DNA from: Azolla caroliniana
Taxonomy: Eukaryota > Plantae > Polypodiophyta
Assembly (NCBI GenBank): GCA_043228905.1
Contig: JBHGNT010000001.1
Location: 16,616,001 to 16,680,000 of the forward strand
Reading direction: 5' to 3'
Length of the DNA: 64,000 nt
The notes under the pieces were generated by a model, which worked only from the letters and a program-made list of their open reading frames with translations, ran no database searches and was not told the origin of the DNA. Below are positions 10,901 through 22,027 of this stretch, in pieces (the stretch's first letter is position 1; the number at the start of each line of letters is the position of its first letter). Both the position numbers and the translations under genes were made by a program.

Positions 10901-11969
10901 GTATCGGAAGTTCGACTCCTTCATGACCGATCAAGGGTACCACAAGACGCATGCCGATCACTGCGTGTTTGTGAAGAAGTTCGAAGGAGGGGAATTCCTG
11001 ATACTCCTCCTGTACGTGGATGACATGTTGATCGTCGGACGAGACCAAGGAAAAATACGGATGCTGAAGAAGGCTCTCAACCGGACCTTCTCAATGAAGG
11101 ACTTGGGTCCGGCAAGACAGATGTTGGGGATGCACATCATTCGGGACCGGTCAGTGAAGCAACTATGGCTGTCACAGGAGAAGTATGTGACAAAGGTGCT
11201 TCACCGGTTCAACATGTCAGATGCAAAACCGGTCGGATCGACACTTCCGACAAACTGCAAGTTGTACGGCAAGCAAAGCCCGAAGACAAAAGGAGAGAAG
11301 GCAGATATGATGAAGATTCCATATGCCTCTGCCGTCGGGAGCTTGATGTACGCAATGGTTTGTACCCGACCGGACATTGGATACGCAGTCGGAGTGGTGA
11401 GCCGGTTTATGAGCAATCCCGGCAACGAGCACTGGAACGCGGTCAAATGGATACTCCGGTATTTGAAGGGCACTTCAAATATGTGTCTCCAATTCGGCTC
11501 CGAAAAACCTCAACTGGATGGTTTCACCGATTCGGACATGTCGGTTGATGTGGATACCAGCCGGTCTACATCCGGGTATGTGATGACATATGCAGGGGGA
11601 GCTGTCTCATGGCAGTCGAGGCTGCAGAAGACGGTTGCATTGTCAACCACAGAGGCGGAGTACATGGCGGCTGTGGAAGCCGGCAAGGAAATATTATGGA
11701 TGAAGGACTTCATCGGGGAGCTCGGTATCCGGCAAGAGGAATACCGACTCTACTGCGACAGTCAAAGTGCCATCCACCTTGCTAAGAATGCGGCCTACCA
11801 TTCCCGGACAAAGCATATCCAGCGGAGGTATCACTGGATCCGGGAAAGGGTAGATGACCAGGAGTTCACATTGGCGAAGATCCACACGACCGAGAACGGG
11901 TCAGATATGCTGACCAAAGTGCTGACACCCGACAAGCTGGACGCATGCCGGAAGAGGATCGGGCTGTGA
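7929..11969 (+). CDS. Ty1/copia Gag-Pol polyprotein, 1346 aa (gag, CCHC knuckle, protease, integrase, RT, RNase H)
   Basis: First ATG after the PBS (MDESFG). Motifs CFYCGKPGHFQKNC, WVVDSGAS, LWHKRLCH, FVTFIDD, QLDVKTAFLHG, LLYVDDM, VALSTTEAEY, RTKHI. Confidence 0.97.
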   Translation: MDESFGSMFKLTGSNYSVWKSKMRDMLVVNDLWLPVQFGDKRPAKIDAAIWEVMHMKTTAYIRRFIDMSLYNNFNEESKAHELWEKISTMFQNKNAVNQASVFRKLVRLRYQDGHSMAEHMNAFQGLIHQATSLEVPLADEVLALLLLGSLPDSWETLVVTLGNAGPEGKRLSLARVKSSLLDEEARRKDKDTSSDSKALLTESERGRHRNRSPQNREKSGTRSKSRGRPTCFYCGKPGHFQKNCRHFRKDKETNGTDSKQTPNRNGTDRNGKDRRGPDRKGTTAIAASEEELMLITEESEINHAGDEMTWVVDSGASFHLTPDRKCFSSYLAGDHGCVRMGNEGTCRIVGIGDVWLTTPTGCKLLLKDVRHVPEVRLNLISTGRLDDEGYTGSIRNGVMKFSKGSLIVARARKVNTLYLMNARLCREEVNVASDTAVELWHKRLCHMSEKGMKRLGDDNLIPVKNVHLEKCTDCLAGKQNRTSFRPRPPVRRNAPLELVHTDVCQVDTKSHAGAQYFVTFIDDHSRKLWATPLKTKDQVLSVFKELHARVERETGRKLKAVRADNGGEYRGQFEEYCRSKGIRLKFTVPKTPELNGLAERMNRTIMERVRSMLTHAKLPKKFWAEALSTATYVINRSPSVPLNGDTPQRVWTGKEVSYRHVRVFGCLAYVHVAKDRRGKLDPKTRPCIFLGYGDDEFGYRVWDPVDKKVFRSRDIIFMEDKTLAEWESEKKIVNSESTGKDRLYNEQTQPARDQLALEEPAGYGEDTEPAEEEVEEVETGTGQDPKSDSDEEQMEEPITEAQGRRYPLRERRAPRRFPDAEHVLLTDEGELESFEEVKEDTHSRKWLSAMQDEMDSLHENHTYELVELPKGKRALRNKWVFKLKPGDAGNPPRYKARIVVKGFQQKKGVDFDEIFAPVVKMTSIRTVLSIAASMDLEVEQLDVKTAFLHGDLEEEIYMQQPEGFVEKGKEHLVCWLKKSLYGLKQAPWQWYRKFDSFMTDQGYHKTHADHCVFVKKFEGGEFLILLLYVDDMLIVGRDQGKIRMLKKALNRTFSMKDLGPARQMLGMHIIRDRSVKQLWLSQEKYVTKVLHRFNMSDAKPVGSTLPTNCKLYGKQSPKTKGEKADMMKIPYASAVGSLMYAMVCTRPDIGYAVGVVSRFMSNPGNEHWNAVKWILRYLKGTSNMCLQFGSEKPQLDGFTDSDMSVDVDTSRSTSGYVMTYAGGAVSWQSRLQKTVALSTTEAEYMAAVEAGKEILWMKDFIGELGIRQEEYRLYCDSQSAIHLAKNAAYHSRTKHIQRRYHWIRERVDDQEFTLAKIHTTENGSDMLTKVLTPDKLDACRKRIGL

Positions 11970-11984
11970 AGACACCCCATGCCG

Positions 11985-11998
11985 GAGTGAAGGGGGAG
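11985..11998 (+). promoter_or_regulatory. polypurine tract
   Basis: GAGTGAAGGGGGAG directly before the 3' LTR. Confidence 0.92.
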
Positions 11999-12000
11999 TT

Positions 12001-12745
12001 TGTTGGGAAACAGGTCCCTCCAGATGGGAAGAACAGTGCCGACGAACAAACTCGGCCAAGGCCGACAGGCCGAGGCCGACCCGGTATGAACCGGATGAGG
12101 AGTACCCGACTGCGGAGAGTCGGATGGTGCAGACCCGGTATGAACCGGATGAGGAGTACCCGACTGAGGAGAGTCGGATGGTGCAAACCCGGTATGAACC
12201 GGATGAGGAGTACCCGACTGAGGAGAGTCGGATGGTGCAGGCCCGGTATGAACCGGATGAGGAGTACCCGACTGCGGAGAGTCGGATGGAGCCCATCGAG
12301 GCTACATTTGTAAATAGCCGAAAAGTCATATTAGTATAAATATGACTTAGGGCAAACCTTTTTGTAGTTGTTGTCATTCTTGTTGTTATTCTTTCTTGTT
12401 GGTGCAAGAAGAAATCAGAGCGTGTAACTGTAAAGAGAGAGAGAGAGAGAGAGATGAGGTCGTTGCCTCTGTTGTAACCGCCGCCTGTGGCGAAGATCTG
12501 AGAACACGAGGTCGTTGCCTCAGTGATCTCACTGTTGTATATTTCTGCATAGTGACAGTTTGCAGCTCGTGGGCTGCCGTGGTTTTTTCCCCTATTTTGG
12601 GGTTTTTCCACGTATACCTCCTGTGTACCATTTCTCCTTTTTCTTCTCCTCTTTTGTGTCGCGTCTCATTACCTGTTTTCTGTGTATGAAAAAGGATCTC
12701 GGTTGTGGCCGAGCATCGGACATAAGGAACGTCGAGTTCCCAACA
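12001..12745 (+). repeat. 3' LTR
   Basis: Direct repeat of 7154-7898, followed by the TSD. Confidence 0.97.
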
Positions 12746-12932
12746 ACCTCCCATACCATGGCGTTGATCTTATCCGATCTCTTGTCCCTGGACTAAACCG
12801 GCAACCAAAGATCTTTAACCACCAGCATGTCCGTCATCTTCGACTTCCACACTGAGTAGTTGGAGCCGGTGAGCTTGAACATGCCACCGTAAGATTCTTC
12901 CATATTCTGTGTTGTTCACTCTGATACTAGTT

Positions 12933-13498
12933 TGTAGAGAAATGCGCGAAATATCGCTCGGCCACAACCGAGTAGTAAAAAACTTCTATAAGAATAAAAA
13001 AGAAAACACAGAAATGGGAAGTGGAGAGTACACAATAAAATAACACCGGATGTTTACGTGGAAAACCATAATAGGGAAAAACCATGGGAGCCCACAGACT
13101 CCGAACTATCACTATGAAGAGAAGGGGTACAATCAGAGACTCGGAGGCAACAACCTCGAGCTCCATTTCTTCACATAGTGGCGGTTACAACAGAGTATCT
13201 CTCTGTATCTCTCTCTCTCTCTCACTCTCTGTACAACAGTTGCAACGATATGACAACCACACAATCACACATCCATCACTACACAAAGTGATTTCCCTAA
13301 GTCATATTTATAGTTATATGAACTTAGGGCTATTTACAAATAAAGCCTCAATGGGCTTATTCAAGACATATTTACAAATCTATCTTCTCTTCCGGTTCTC
13401 ACCGGGTCCACTGATCTGGTTTCCGGATCTCTTCCGGTTCTCACCGGGTCCTCTTTATTCATCACCGGATCCCATCCGAAGAGACCGATTTCCCAAGT
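12933..13498 (-). repeat. 5' LTR of the family-B host element
   Basis: Adjacent to the degenerate PBS; highly similar to the LTR at 59611-60201. Confidence 0.85.
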
Positions 13499-13879
13499 CA
13501 TTCCCATTCTGTCAGTTCACGAACATTGATATCATGGGTCCAAAAACGTTGTGTGTATGTGTATCTTCCTTTTGTTGATTTTGTGAGTTATGCGTCAATC
13601 GCGTCCATTTCTTTTAGGTTGATGAGTTTTCGAAATTTCGTAGGTGCCCTTTAACTTTTAAATTTTTAATTATGTACGCTCTAGTTTTTGAAATTTCACT
13701 CGATACCCTCAAGATTTCAAATTTTGTCTCATACCCCTATTTTATCTTTTTTCCTCTCTTTTGCTTTTAGGTCATTTTATCTTTTTCCCTATATTTAACT
13801 TCTTCTCAAATCTCTGCTTCTTATGTTTTCTCTCATGTCATTGTATCTTTGTTGTCTTCGTCCTCTCTTTCTTCCTTGT

Positions 13880-14110
13880 AGTCTGCTTCTCTTCTGTAGT
13901 TGTTGCGATGCTTCTTCTCTTTCTTCTTCTTCTTCTTCTTCTTCCTTTTCTGTTGGTTCTTTCTCTTATTCTTCTTTTTCTCTGCCTTGCTCTTCTCTCT
14001 TCTTATTTTCTGCTTCATCTGTCTTCTTCTTTCTTCTTTCTATTTTCTCTGTTTGGTTTCTCGTCCATCTCTGTTGCTTCGTCCGTCTTTGTCACTGTTG
14101 TTCTCTGTCG
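13880..14110. repeat. (CTT)n / pyrimidine-rich low-complexity tract
   Basis: Direct reading. Confidence 0.75.
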
Positions 14111-15153
14111 CCATCGTTGTCGTCGTCCATCTCTATTGTTGCTCTGCTATCCAGCTGCTGCATTTTTGTTGTTTTGGCCTTGTCCAACTGCCTGTAAGTT
14201 GAGAAATACTCTCTCGACGGAGTAATATGGAAAGATGCGCCGGAGTTGATCACCCAAGTGCATTCTTCACTTGCAAGATTTGCACTTGTCTGTTCGCAGA
14301 TGAACAACATTTCTTCATTGCTCGTAGCAATGGCCGAAGTGTTCTTTTCATCAGGAATCTTCTTGGGTTCGACATTGTTTTCGACACTCTTGTCTCTTCT
14401 CATGTGTCGGCAGTCCTTCTGGAAGTGTCCAGGTTTTCCACAATAAAAGCACACTGGCTTACCTCTGGACTTCGATCTGGCGTGGGATTTGTCCGTTTGT
14501 TGCGAACTTCTTCTTCGCCGGTCCCTGCCTCTGTCCATATGTTGAGTCAAATTCGACTCCGTTTGGGACAAGACTCCTTTGTCTTTCCTCCTTGCCTCCT
14601 CATTTAGGATTCTTGTCTTTACCATTTGTAAAGACAAGTTCTCTTCTTGACAGGAGGTGCTAAGAGTAACCACTAGGTTCTCCCAGTTGTCTGGCAATGT
14701 ACACATCAGCAGGATGGCTTGCATTGCATCATCAAGGGGAAACTTGGTCGTAGCAAGTTGATTTACATACCCCATGAATGTGCTGATGTGTTCGACGATG
14801 CCCTCACCGTCTCTGTATTTCAACCACACGATTTTTCTCATTAGCGAGGTTCTGTTTAGCGCGTTCTTCATCTCATAAAGACCCGATAGCTTCTGCCACA
14901 TCTCGAGGGCATTTGTGTCGTTCGCTACATGCTGAATGACACTTACATCTATGCATTGTCGGATAGTGGCCATCGCCTTTCTATTCAGAAGCTTCCAATC
15001 TGACTCCAATAACCCCCTGGGTATTTCTGCTCTATCGACTAGCTCGTACATATCTTTAACTATGAGAAGGTCTTCCATCTTGATCTTCCAGTCTACATAG
15101 TTCTGTGAGTTGAGAACTATCACACCTGGGAAGCCGCTCACACCTCCTTCCAT
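14092..15153 (-). pseudogene. copia gag ORF (open, truncated in protease, runs into flanking DNA)
   Basis: 353-aa ORF with LPDNWENLVVTL and CFYCGKPGHFQKDC; the last ~35 aa are non-homologous. Confidence 0.85.
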
Positions 15154-15700
15154 GCTTGCACCTCAGGCTCTGATACCAGATTGTTGAGAAATCGTTACGG
15201 AATTTAAATTACAATGAACAGACAATGCTGAAATACGAATCACAGAAAGACAAGATAGACAGTTATGCACAAAGATTTACGTGGAAACCCTAAAACGGGG
15301 AAAACCACGGGAACAGAACTTCACTATAGACAGTGGATATACAATATAGAGAGGATTACAACACTCTTGCGAGTGGATCAGCCGCACAAGGCTCTTCGCA
15401 CCTGTTGTTGCTCACATAGTTATGGCGCGGCTCACGCTTCTCTCTCTCTCTCTCACTCTCTGCACACTTACACAGTTCACTCACCTTCACCTTCTTCTGT
15501 TCTCATCTCTCATCTTAAAGTTTGCCCTAGTTGCATATATACTTACACAACTTTCTGGCTATTTACAAACCTAGCCCTCATGGGGCGCACATTCAGACTA
15601 TGTACAAGTATAGTCTCCCGAGTTGGCTACATGCACGATTGAGTCCCTAATTAACTTGGCTCCTCTCTTCTCCCCATCCGGAGAGACTTGTTTCCTAACA
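14196..15700 (-). mobile_element. truncated Ty1/copia (B-related subfamily): LTR 15182-15700, PBS 15167-15178, gag and start of protease
   Basis: TG..CA LTR related to the solo LTR 26207-26687; TGGTATCAGAGC; homology ends after INSGASFHITPSREYFSTY. Confidence 0.88.
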
Positions 15701-15800
15701 TCATCATTATTATTACCATAATAATAATAATAGTCGACTCACTGTTTTCGACTCTTCGACAGTCGGCTTTTCCTCCCACTGGAGGGACATATTCCCAACA

Positions 15801-16648
15801 ACAAGGAAGTCACAAACACACACACAAATGCCTGCACGTCTTTATGAGGAGAAGAGCTGCATGGGCACGCCTGAAATGCTCCCTCGTCACAAGATGGTCG
15901 AACGTACAAGGAAGACACAAACACACACACAAAATGCTCGTACACCTTTATGAGGAGGAGAGGTCATGTGCAAGCGCGAATGCTCCCTCGTCACAAGCCG
16001 ACTAAATGTACAAGGAAGACACAAACACACACACAAATGCTCGTACATCTTTATGAGGAGGAGAGGTGCATGGGCACGCCGAAACGCTCCCTCATCACAA
16101 GATGACCAAACGTACTAGGAAGTCACAAACACACGCACAAAATGCTCGTACGCCTTTATGAGGAGGAGAGGTGCTTGGGCACGCCTAAAACGCTCCCTCG
16201 TCAAAAGACGGCGAAACATACAAGGAAGACACCAACACACACACACAAATGCTCATACGCCTTTATGAGGAGGAGAGGTGCATGGGCACACCTGAAACGC
16301 TCCCTCGTCACAAAACGGCCAAACGTACAAGGAAGACACAAACACACGCACAAAATGCTCGTATGCCTTTATGAGGAGGAGAGGTGCATGGGCACGCCCG
16401 AAACGCTCCCTCGTCACAAGACAACCGAACGTACAAGGAAGACACAAGCACACACACAAATGATCGTATGCCTTTATGAGGAGGAGAGGTGCATGGGCAC
16501 GCCCGAAACGCGACCTCGTCACAAGATGGCCAAACGTACAAGGAAGACACAAACACACGCACAAAATACTCGTATGCCTTTATGAGGAGGAGAGGTGCAT
16601 GGGCACGCCCGAAACGCTCCCTCGTCACAAGACGACCAAATGTACAAG
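15801..16648. repeat. ~105-bp tandem satellite, 8 units with alternating A/B types
   Basis: Unit starts (ACAAGGAAG) at 15801, 15906, 16010, 16114, 16220, 16327, 16433 and 16538; no unique spacers. Confidence 0.95.
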
Positions 16649-17237
16649 TGGACGAGAACAAAGAAAGAAAGAAAGAAAGAAAGAAAGACGAATGATATTG
16701 GCCAAAGAAATAAATACGTGTTCGATTCCAACGCAAGAGGACGCTTTATAAAATAGGGTTTGATTACAATGGCAACTTCTAGTTAACCACAAGCTCAATC
16801 AAAACATAAATACTAAATGCCCTTAGAGACAAGAGAAAATCCGAACATGACGAAGATGAACACACGAGCACCACCAAAAGGCCAACCCCAACGAACCACG
16901 AACACCCGAACGACGAGCACACGGGCTCGCAACGACGAATGGGGTGAAGCAACGTTGAACCAACGAAGCTTGGGCGCACGAGCACTTCAAGTGCCAACAC
17001 GAAGAAGATGAGCACGTGGCGATGAGGGGATGAAGGGGTATGAGATGAAGAGAAGTGGTGAAGAAGAAGATGAAGAGCTCCGAAGGAAAAATGCCGATAG
17101 ACTCCTCCTCCCAAAACGTCCCTCCCAAATGAGGCCCCCTCGACCTCCTTTTATAGGATAAAAAGAAGGGGGTTCGCCAATTTTGTCTTCAATGCAAAAG
17201 GAATAAAATTCCTTAAATCACGATGCATTGTAAGACC

Positions 17238-17291
17238 GGATTTGAACCGTGCACCTCTAGCTAGAAGTCAATGTGACTATCCACTAGTCCA
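17238..17291 (-). other. tRNA-derived Pol III promoter-like head
   Basis: Minus strand TGGACTAGTGG ... GAGGTGCACGGTTCAAATCC; duplicated at 22829-22882. Confidence 0.55.
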
Positions 17292-17939
17292 TTAACTCTC
17301 TCTTATATGTTGGGAGACAGGTCCCTCCGGATGGTAAGGGAGAAGAATAGTGCTGATGAACAAACTCGGCCGAGGTCGAATCCGGATGAGGAGTACCCGG
17401 CTACGGAGAGTCGGATGGTGCAGACCCAGTGAGAACCGGATGAAGAGACATATTCGTAAATATGTTTCTGAGAGTCCATCGAGGCTATATTTGTAAATAG
17501 CCGAAAAGTCATATTAGTATAAATATGACTTAGGGCAAACTTTTAGTTATAGTTGTTGTTGTCATTTCTTGTTGGTGCAAGAAGAAGAGAGGGCACGTAA
17601 CAGTGTACAGAGAGAGAGAGAGAGAGGAAGAGGTCGTAGCCTCTGTTGTATCCGCCGCCTGTGGCGAGGATCGTGAGCACGAGGTCATTGCCTCCGTGAA
17701 CTCACTGTTGTACATTCTAACATAGCGATAGTTTGCAGACTATGGGTTGCCGTGGTTTTTCCCTTAGTTTGGGTTTTCCACGTAAACATCCTATGTACAT
17801 TTTTTTTCTTTCTCCTTTGTGTCGCGTGTTTTCGTTTCCTGTTTTCTGTGTATGATTCTAAGCTCGGTTGTGGCCGAGCGTTGTGCATAAGGAGCGTTGA
17901 GTTCCCGTCAAGTGGTATCAGAGCGAAAAGACACAAAAA

Positions 17940-20900
17940 ATGGACGAATTGTTTGGCGGCATGTTCAAGCTCACCGGCTCTAACTATTCAGTGTGGAAGT
18001 CGAAGATGACGGACATGCTCGTGGTTAATGACCTCTGGCTGCCGGTTCAGTTTGGGGACAAGAGACCGGACAAAATCGACGCCGCGATATGGGAGGTGAT
18101 GCACATGAAGACAACGGCGTACATACGGTGCTTCATTGACATGAGCCTATACAACAACTTCAATGAAGAGAGCAAGGCTCATGAGCTCTAGGAGAAGATC
18201 GACATTATGTTTCAAAGCAAAAATGATGTTAATCAGGTTTCGGTATTCCAGAAGCTAGTAAGACTACGGTACCAAGATGGCTCCAGCATGGCGGAACACA
18301 TGAATGCCTTCCAGGGGCTGATACACCAGGCAACGTCATTGGAAGTACCTCTCGCCGACGAGGTACTAGCACTACCCCTGCTCAGCTCCCTCCCGGATAG
18401 CTGGGAGACGTTGGTTGTCACTTTGGGCAACGCCGGGCCGGAAGGAAAACGGTTATCCCTAGCAAGAGTGAAGTCGAGCTTGCTGGATGAGGAGGCGCGT
18501 CGGAAAGATAAAGATACGAGCTCCGACTCCAAAGCGCTCCTTATCGAATTGGAACGCGGAAGACACAGAAACCGTAGTCCCCAGAACCGGGAGAAGTCGG
18601 GGACACAGTCAAAGTCAAGGGGGAGGCCTACTTGCTTCTATTGCGGCAAGCCAGGTCACTTCCAAAAGAACTGTCGGCATTTCCGAAAAGACAAGGAAAC
18701 CGACGGTACCGATTTGAAGCGGACCCCGGACCGGAACGGTAAAGACTGGAGGGGGCCGGACCGAAAGGGAACGACGGCAATCGCGACAAGTGAAGAAGAG
18801 TTGATGCTCATCACCGAGGAGAGTGAGATAAACCTTGCCGGTGACGAGATGACCTGGATGGTAGACTCTGGAGCATTGTTCCACCTTACCCCGGACCGGA
18901 AATGCTTCTCATCCTACTCAGCTGGTCATCACGGCTGTGTCCGGATGGGGAATGAAGGTACATGCCGAATTGTTGGCATAGGAGACGTGTGGCTGTCAAC
19001 ACCAACCGGATGCAAGTTGCTGCTGAAGGATGTCGGACACGTTTCGAAGGTTCATTTGAACCTGATATCAGCCGGTCGGCTAGATGATGAAGGCTACACG
19101 GGTAGCATCCGGAACGGTGTCATGAAGTTCAGCAAAGGGAGCCTGATTGTGGCTCGGGCCCGGAAGGTCAACACACTGTACCTGATGAATGCCCAGTTAT
19201 ATCCGGAAGAAGTGAACGTGGCATCCGACACTGCCGGTGAGCTGTGGCTCAAGAGGCTGTGTCACATGAGCGAGAAGGAGATGAAGAGGCTTGCAGACGA
19301 CAACCTCATTCCAGTGAAGAACGTGCACTTGGAGAAGTACACTGATTGTCTGGCCGGTAAGCAAAATCGGACCTGCTTCCGACCAAGGCCACCGATGAGA
19401 CGTAATGCACCACTGGAGTTGGTGCATACGGATGTGTGTCAAGTAGACACGAAGTCACATGCCGGAGCGCAGTACTTCGTGACGTTCATAGATGACCATA
19501 GCCGGAAATTGTGGGCCACACCGCTGAAGACGAAGGATCAGGTGCTATCCGTCTTAAAAGAGCTCCATGTGAGAGTGGAAAGAGAAACCGGCTGGAAGCT
19601 GAAGGCGGTTCGAGCAGATAACGGAGGAGAATACCGGGGGCAGTTCGAGGAGTACTGCTGCTCGAAGGGAATCCGGCTCGAATTTACCGTGCCGAAGACA
19701 CCGGAACTAAACGGACTGGCCGAGAGGATGAACTGGACCATAATGGAGAGGGTCCGGAGTATGCTAGCGCATGAAAGACTACCCAAGAAGTTTTGGGCTG
19801 AGGCACTGTCGACAGCAACATACGTGATAAACAGATCACCCTCAGTACCCTTGGACGAAGACACGCCACAGAGAGTCTGGACCGGTAAGGAAGTGTCCTA
19901 CCGGCATCTGAAGGTATTCGGGTGTCTCGCGTACGTGCATGTAGCTAAGGACCGGAGAGGAAAGTTAGATCCAAAGACCCGGCCATGCATATTCCTTGGT
20001 TACGGTGACGATGAGTTCGGCTACCGAGTGTGGGACCTGGTCGACAAGAAGGTATTCCGAAGTCGAGATATTATCTTCATGGAGGACAAGACGCTCGCCA
20101 ACTGTGGAGTCGGAGAAGAAGATAATGAACTCTGAGTCGACCAGTAAGATCGACTCTACGATGAGCAAACCCAACCGGCAAGAGACCGGTTAGCACTCGA
20201 GGGACCATCCGGTTACGGTGAGGATACCGAACAGGCTGAAGAAGAAGTAGTGGAAGCTGAAACCGGAACCGGCCAAGACCCCGAATCGGATTCGGATGAA
20301 GAGCAAGTGGAGGAGCCGGTTACCGAAGGCCAAAGACGGAGATATCCTCTCAGAGAGAGAAGGGCCCCCCGGAGATTTCCGGATGCAGAGCATGTTCTGC
20401 TGACCAATGAGGGGGAGCCGGAAAGCTTCGAAGAAGCGAAGGATGACACCCACAGCCGCAAATGGTTAAGTGCCATGCAGGACGAGATGGATTCCTTGCA
20501 TGAGAACCATACGTACGAATTGGTGGAGTTGCCGAAAGGAAAGCGGGCACTCCGAAACAAGTGGATGTATAAGTTGAAACCGGGAGATGCCGGCAACCCC
20601 CCGAGATACAAAGCCAGGATCGTGGTTAAGGGGTTCCAGCAGAAAAAGGGCGTGGACTTTGACGAGACATTTGCCCCGGTTGTAAAGATGACCTCCATCT
20701 GGACGGTGCTGAGTATAGCGGCAAGCATGGACCTTGAGGTAGAGCAGCTGGACGTGAAGACGACATTCCTTCACGGCGACCTCGAAGAGGAGATCTACAT
20801 GCAGCAACCGGAAGGATTTGTGGAGAAAGGGAAGGAGCACCTGGTATGCCGGCTGAAGAAGATCCTGTACGGACTAAAGCAGGCTCCCCGACAATGGTAC

Positions 20901-21952
20901 CGGAAGTTCGATTCCTTCATGACTGATCAAGGGTACCACAAGACACAGGCCGATCACTGCGTGTTTGTGAAGAAGTTCGAAGGAGGCGACTTCCTGATAC
21001 TCCTTCTGTACGTGGATGACATGTTGATCGTCGGACGTGACCAAGTCAAAACACGGATGCTAAAGAAGGCTCTCAACCGGACCTTCTCAATGAAAGACTT
21101 GGGTCCGGCAAGACAGATGCTGGGGATGCACATCACTCGGGACCGGTCAAAGAAGCAATTATGGCTGTCACAGGAGAAGTACGTGACAAAGGTGCTTTAC
21201 CGGTTCAACATGTCAGAAGCAAAACCGGTCGGATCGACACTTTCGGCAAACTGCAGGCTATCCGGTAAGCAAAGCCCGAAGACGAAAATAGAGAAGGCGG
21301 ATATGATGAAGATTCCATATGCCTCTGCCATCGAGAGCTTGATGCACGCAATGGTGTGTACCTGACCGGATATAGGATACGCAGTCGGAGTGGTGAGCCG
21401 GTTCATGAGCAATCCCGGCAACGAGCACTGGAACGCGGTCAAATGGATACTCCGGTATTTGAAGGGCACTTCAAATATGTGTCTCCGATTCGGCTCCGGA
21501 AAACCTCAACTTGACGGTTTTACCGATTCGGACATGTCGGCTGATGTGGATACCAGTCGGTCTACATCCAGGTATGTGATGACATATGCAGGGGGAGCTG
21601 TCTCATGGCAGTCGAGGCTGCAGAAGACGGTTGCATTGTCAACCACGGAGGCGGAGTACATGGCGGTTGTGGAAGCCGGCAAGGAAATATTATGGATGAA
21701 GGACTTCATCGGAGAGCTCGGTATTCGGCAAGATGAATACCGGCTCAAAGTGCCATCCACCTTGCTAAGAATGCGGCCTACCATTCCCGGATGAAGCATA
21801 TCCAGCGAAGGTATCACTGGATCCGGGAAAGAGTAGATGACCAGGAGTTCGCGCTGATGAAGATCCACATGGCCGAGAACGGGTCAGATATGCTGACCAA
21901 AGCGCTAATACCCGACAAACCGGAGGCATGCTAGAAGAGAATCGGACTGGTA
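17940..21952 (+). pseudogene. copia gag-pol pseudogene (family B)
   Basis: Colinear with 7929-11969. Stops at 18189 and 21363; frameshifts near 20100-20160 and 21745. Confidence 0.93.
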
Positions 21953-22027
21953 AGACAACCCATGCCGGAGTGAAGGAAGAGTTTGTTGGGCAATAGGTCC
22001 CTCCGGATGGGAAGGGAGAAGAACAGT

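Larger units (their letters stand above)
7154..12745 (+). mobile_element. intact full-length Ty1/copia LTR retrotransposon (family B), 5592 bp
   Basis: Two 745-bp TG..CA LTRs with about 9 differences, TSD ACCTC (7149-7153, 12746-12750), PBS, PPT and an uninterrupted polyprotein. Confidence 0.98.
4981..13498 (-). mobile_element. Ty1/copia family B host element, decayed, interrupted by a solo LTR and by the intact copy
   Basis: Pieces 4981-6306, 6731-7153 and 12746-12930 join into gag-PR-IN-RT of the same family as 7929-11969. About 1 kb is deleted between IN and RT near 5210. Degenerate PBS 12919-12929; 5' LTR 12933-~13498. Confidence 0.88.

Noticed and set aside
11901-12611. Repeat-protein ORFs across LTRs (also 6917-7764 and 49442-49871)
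   Set aside because: By-products of a 54-bp repeat that is open in several frames on both strands; no coding evidence.
13610-13760. Possible MULE-type terminal inverted repeat
   Set aside because: The AT-rich TACCC-containing pattern is suggestive, but no partner TIR or TSD was found in the window.
13761-14225. Hydrophobic membrane-protein-like ORFs
   Set aside because: Translation of a (CTT)n low-complexity tract.
15801-16648. CRISPR-like array
   Set aside because: Whole ~105-bp units repeat with no unique spacers, no cas genes, and a eukaryotic context.
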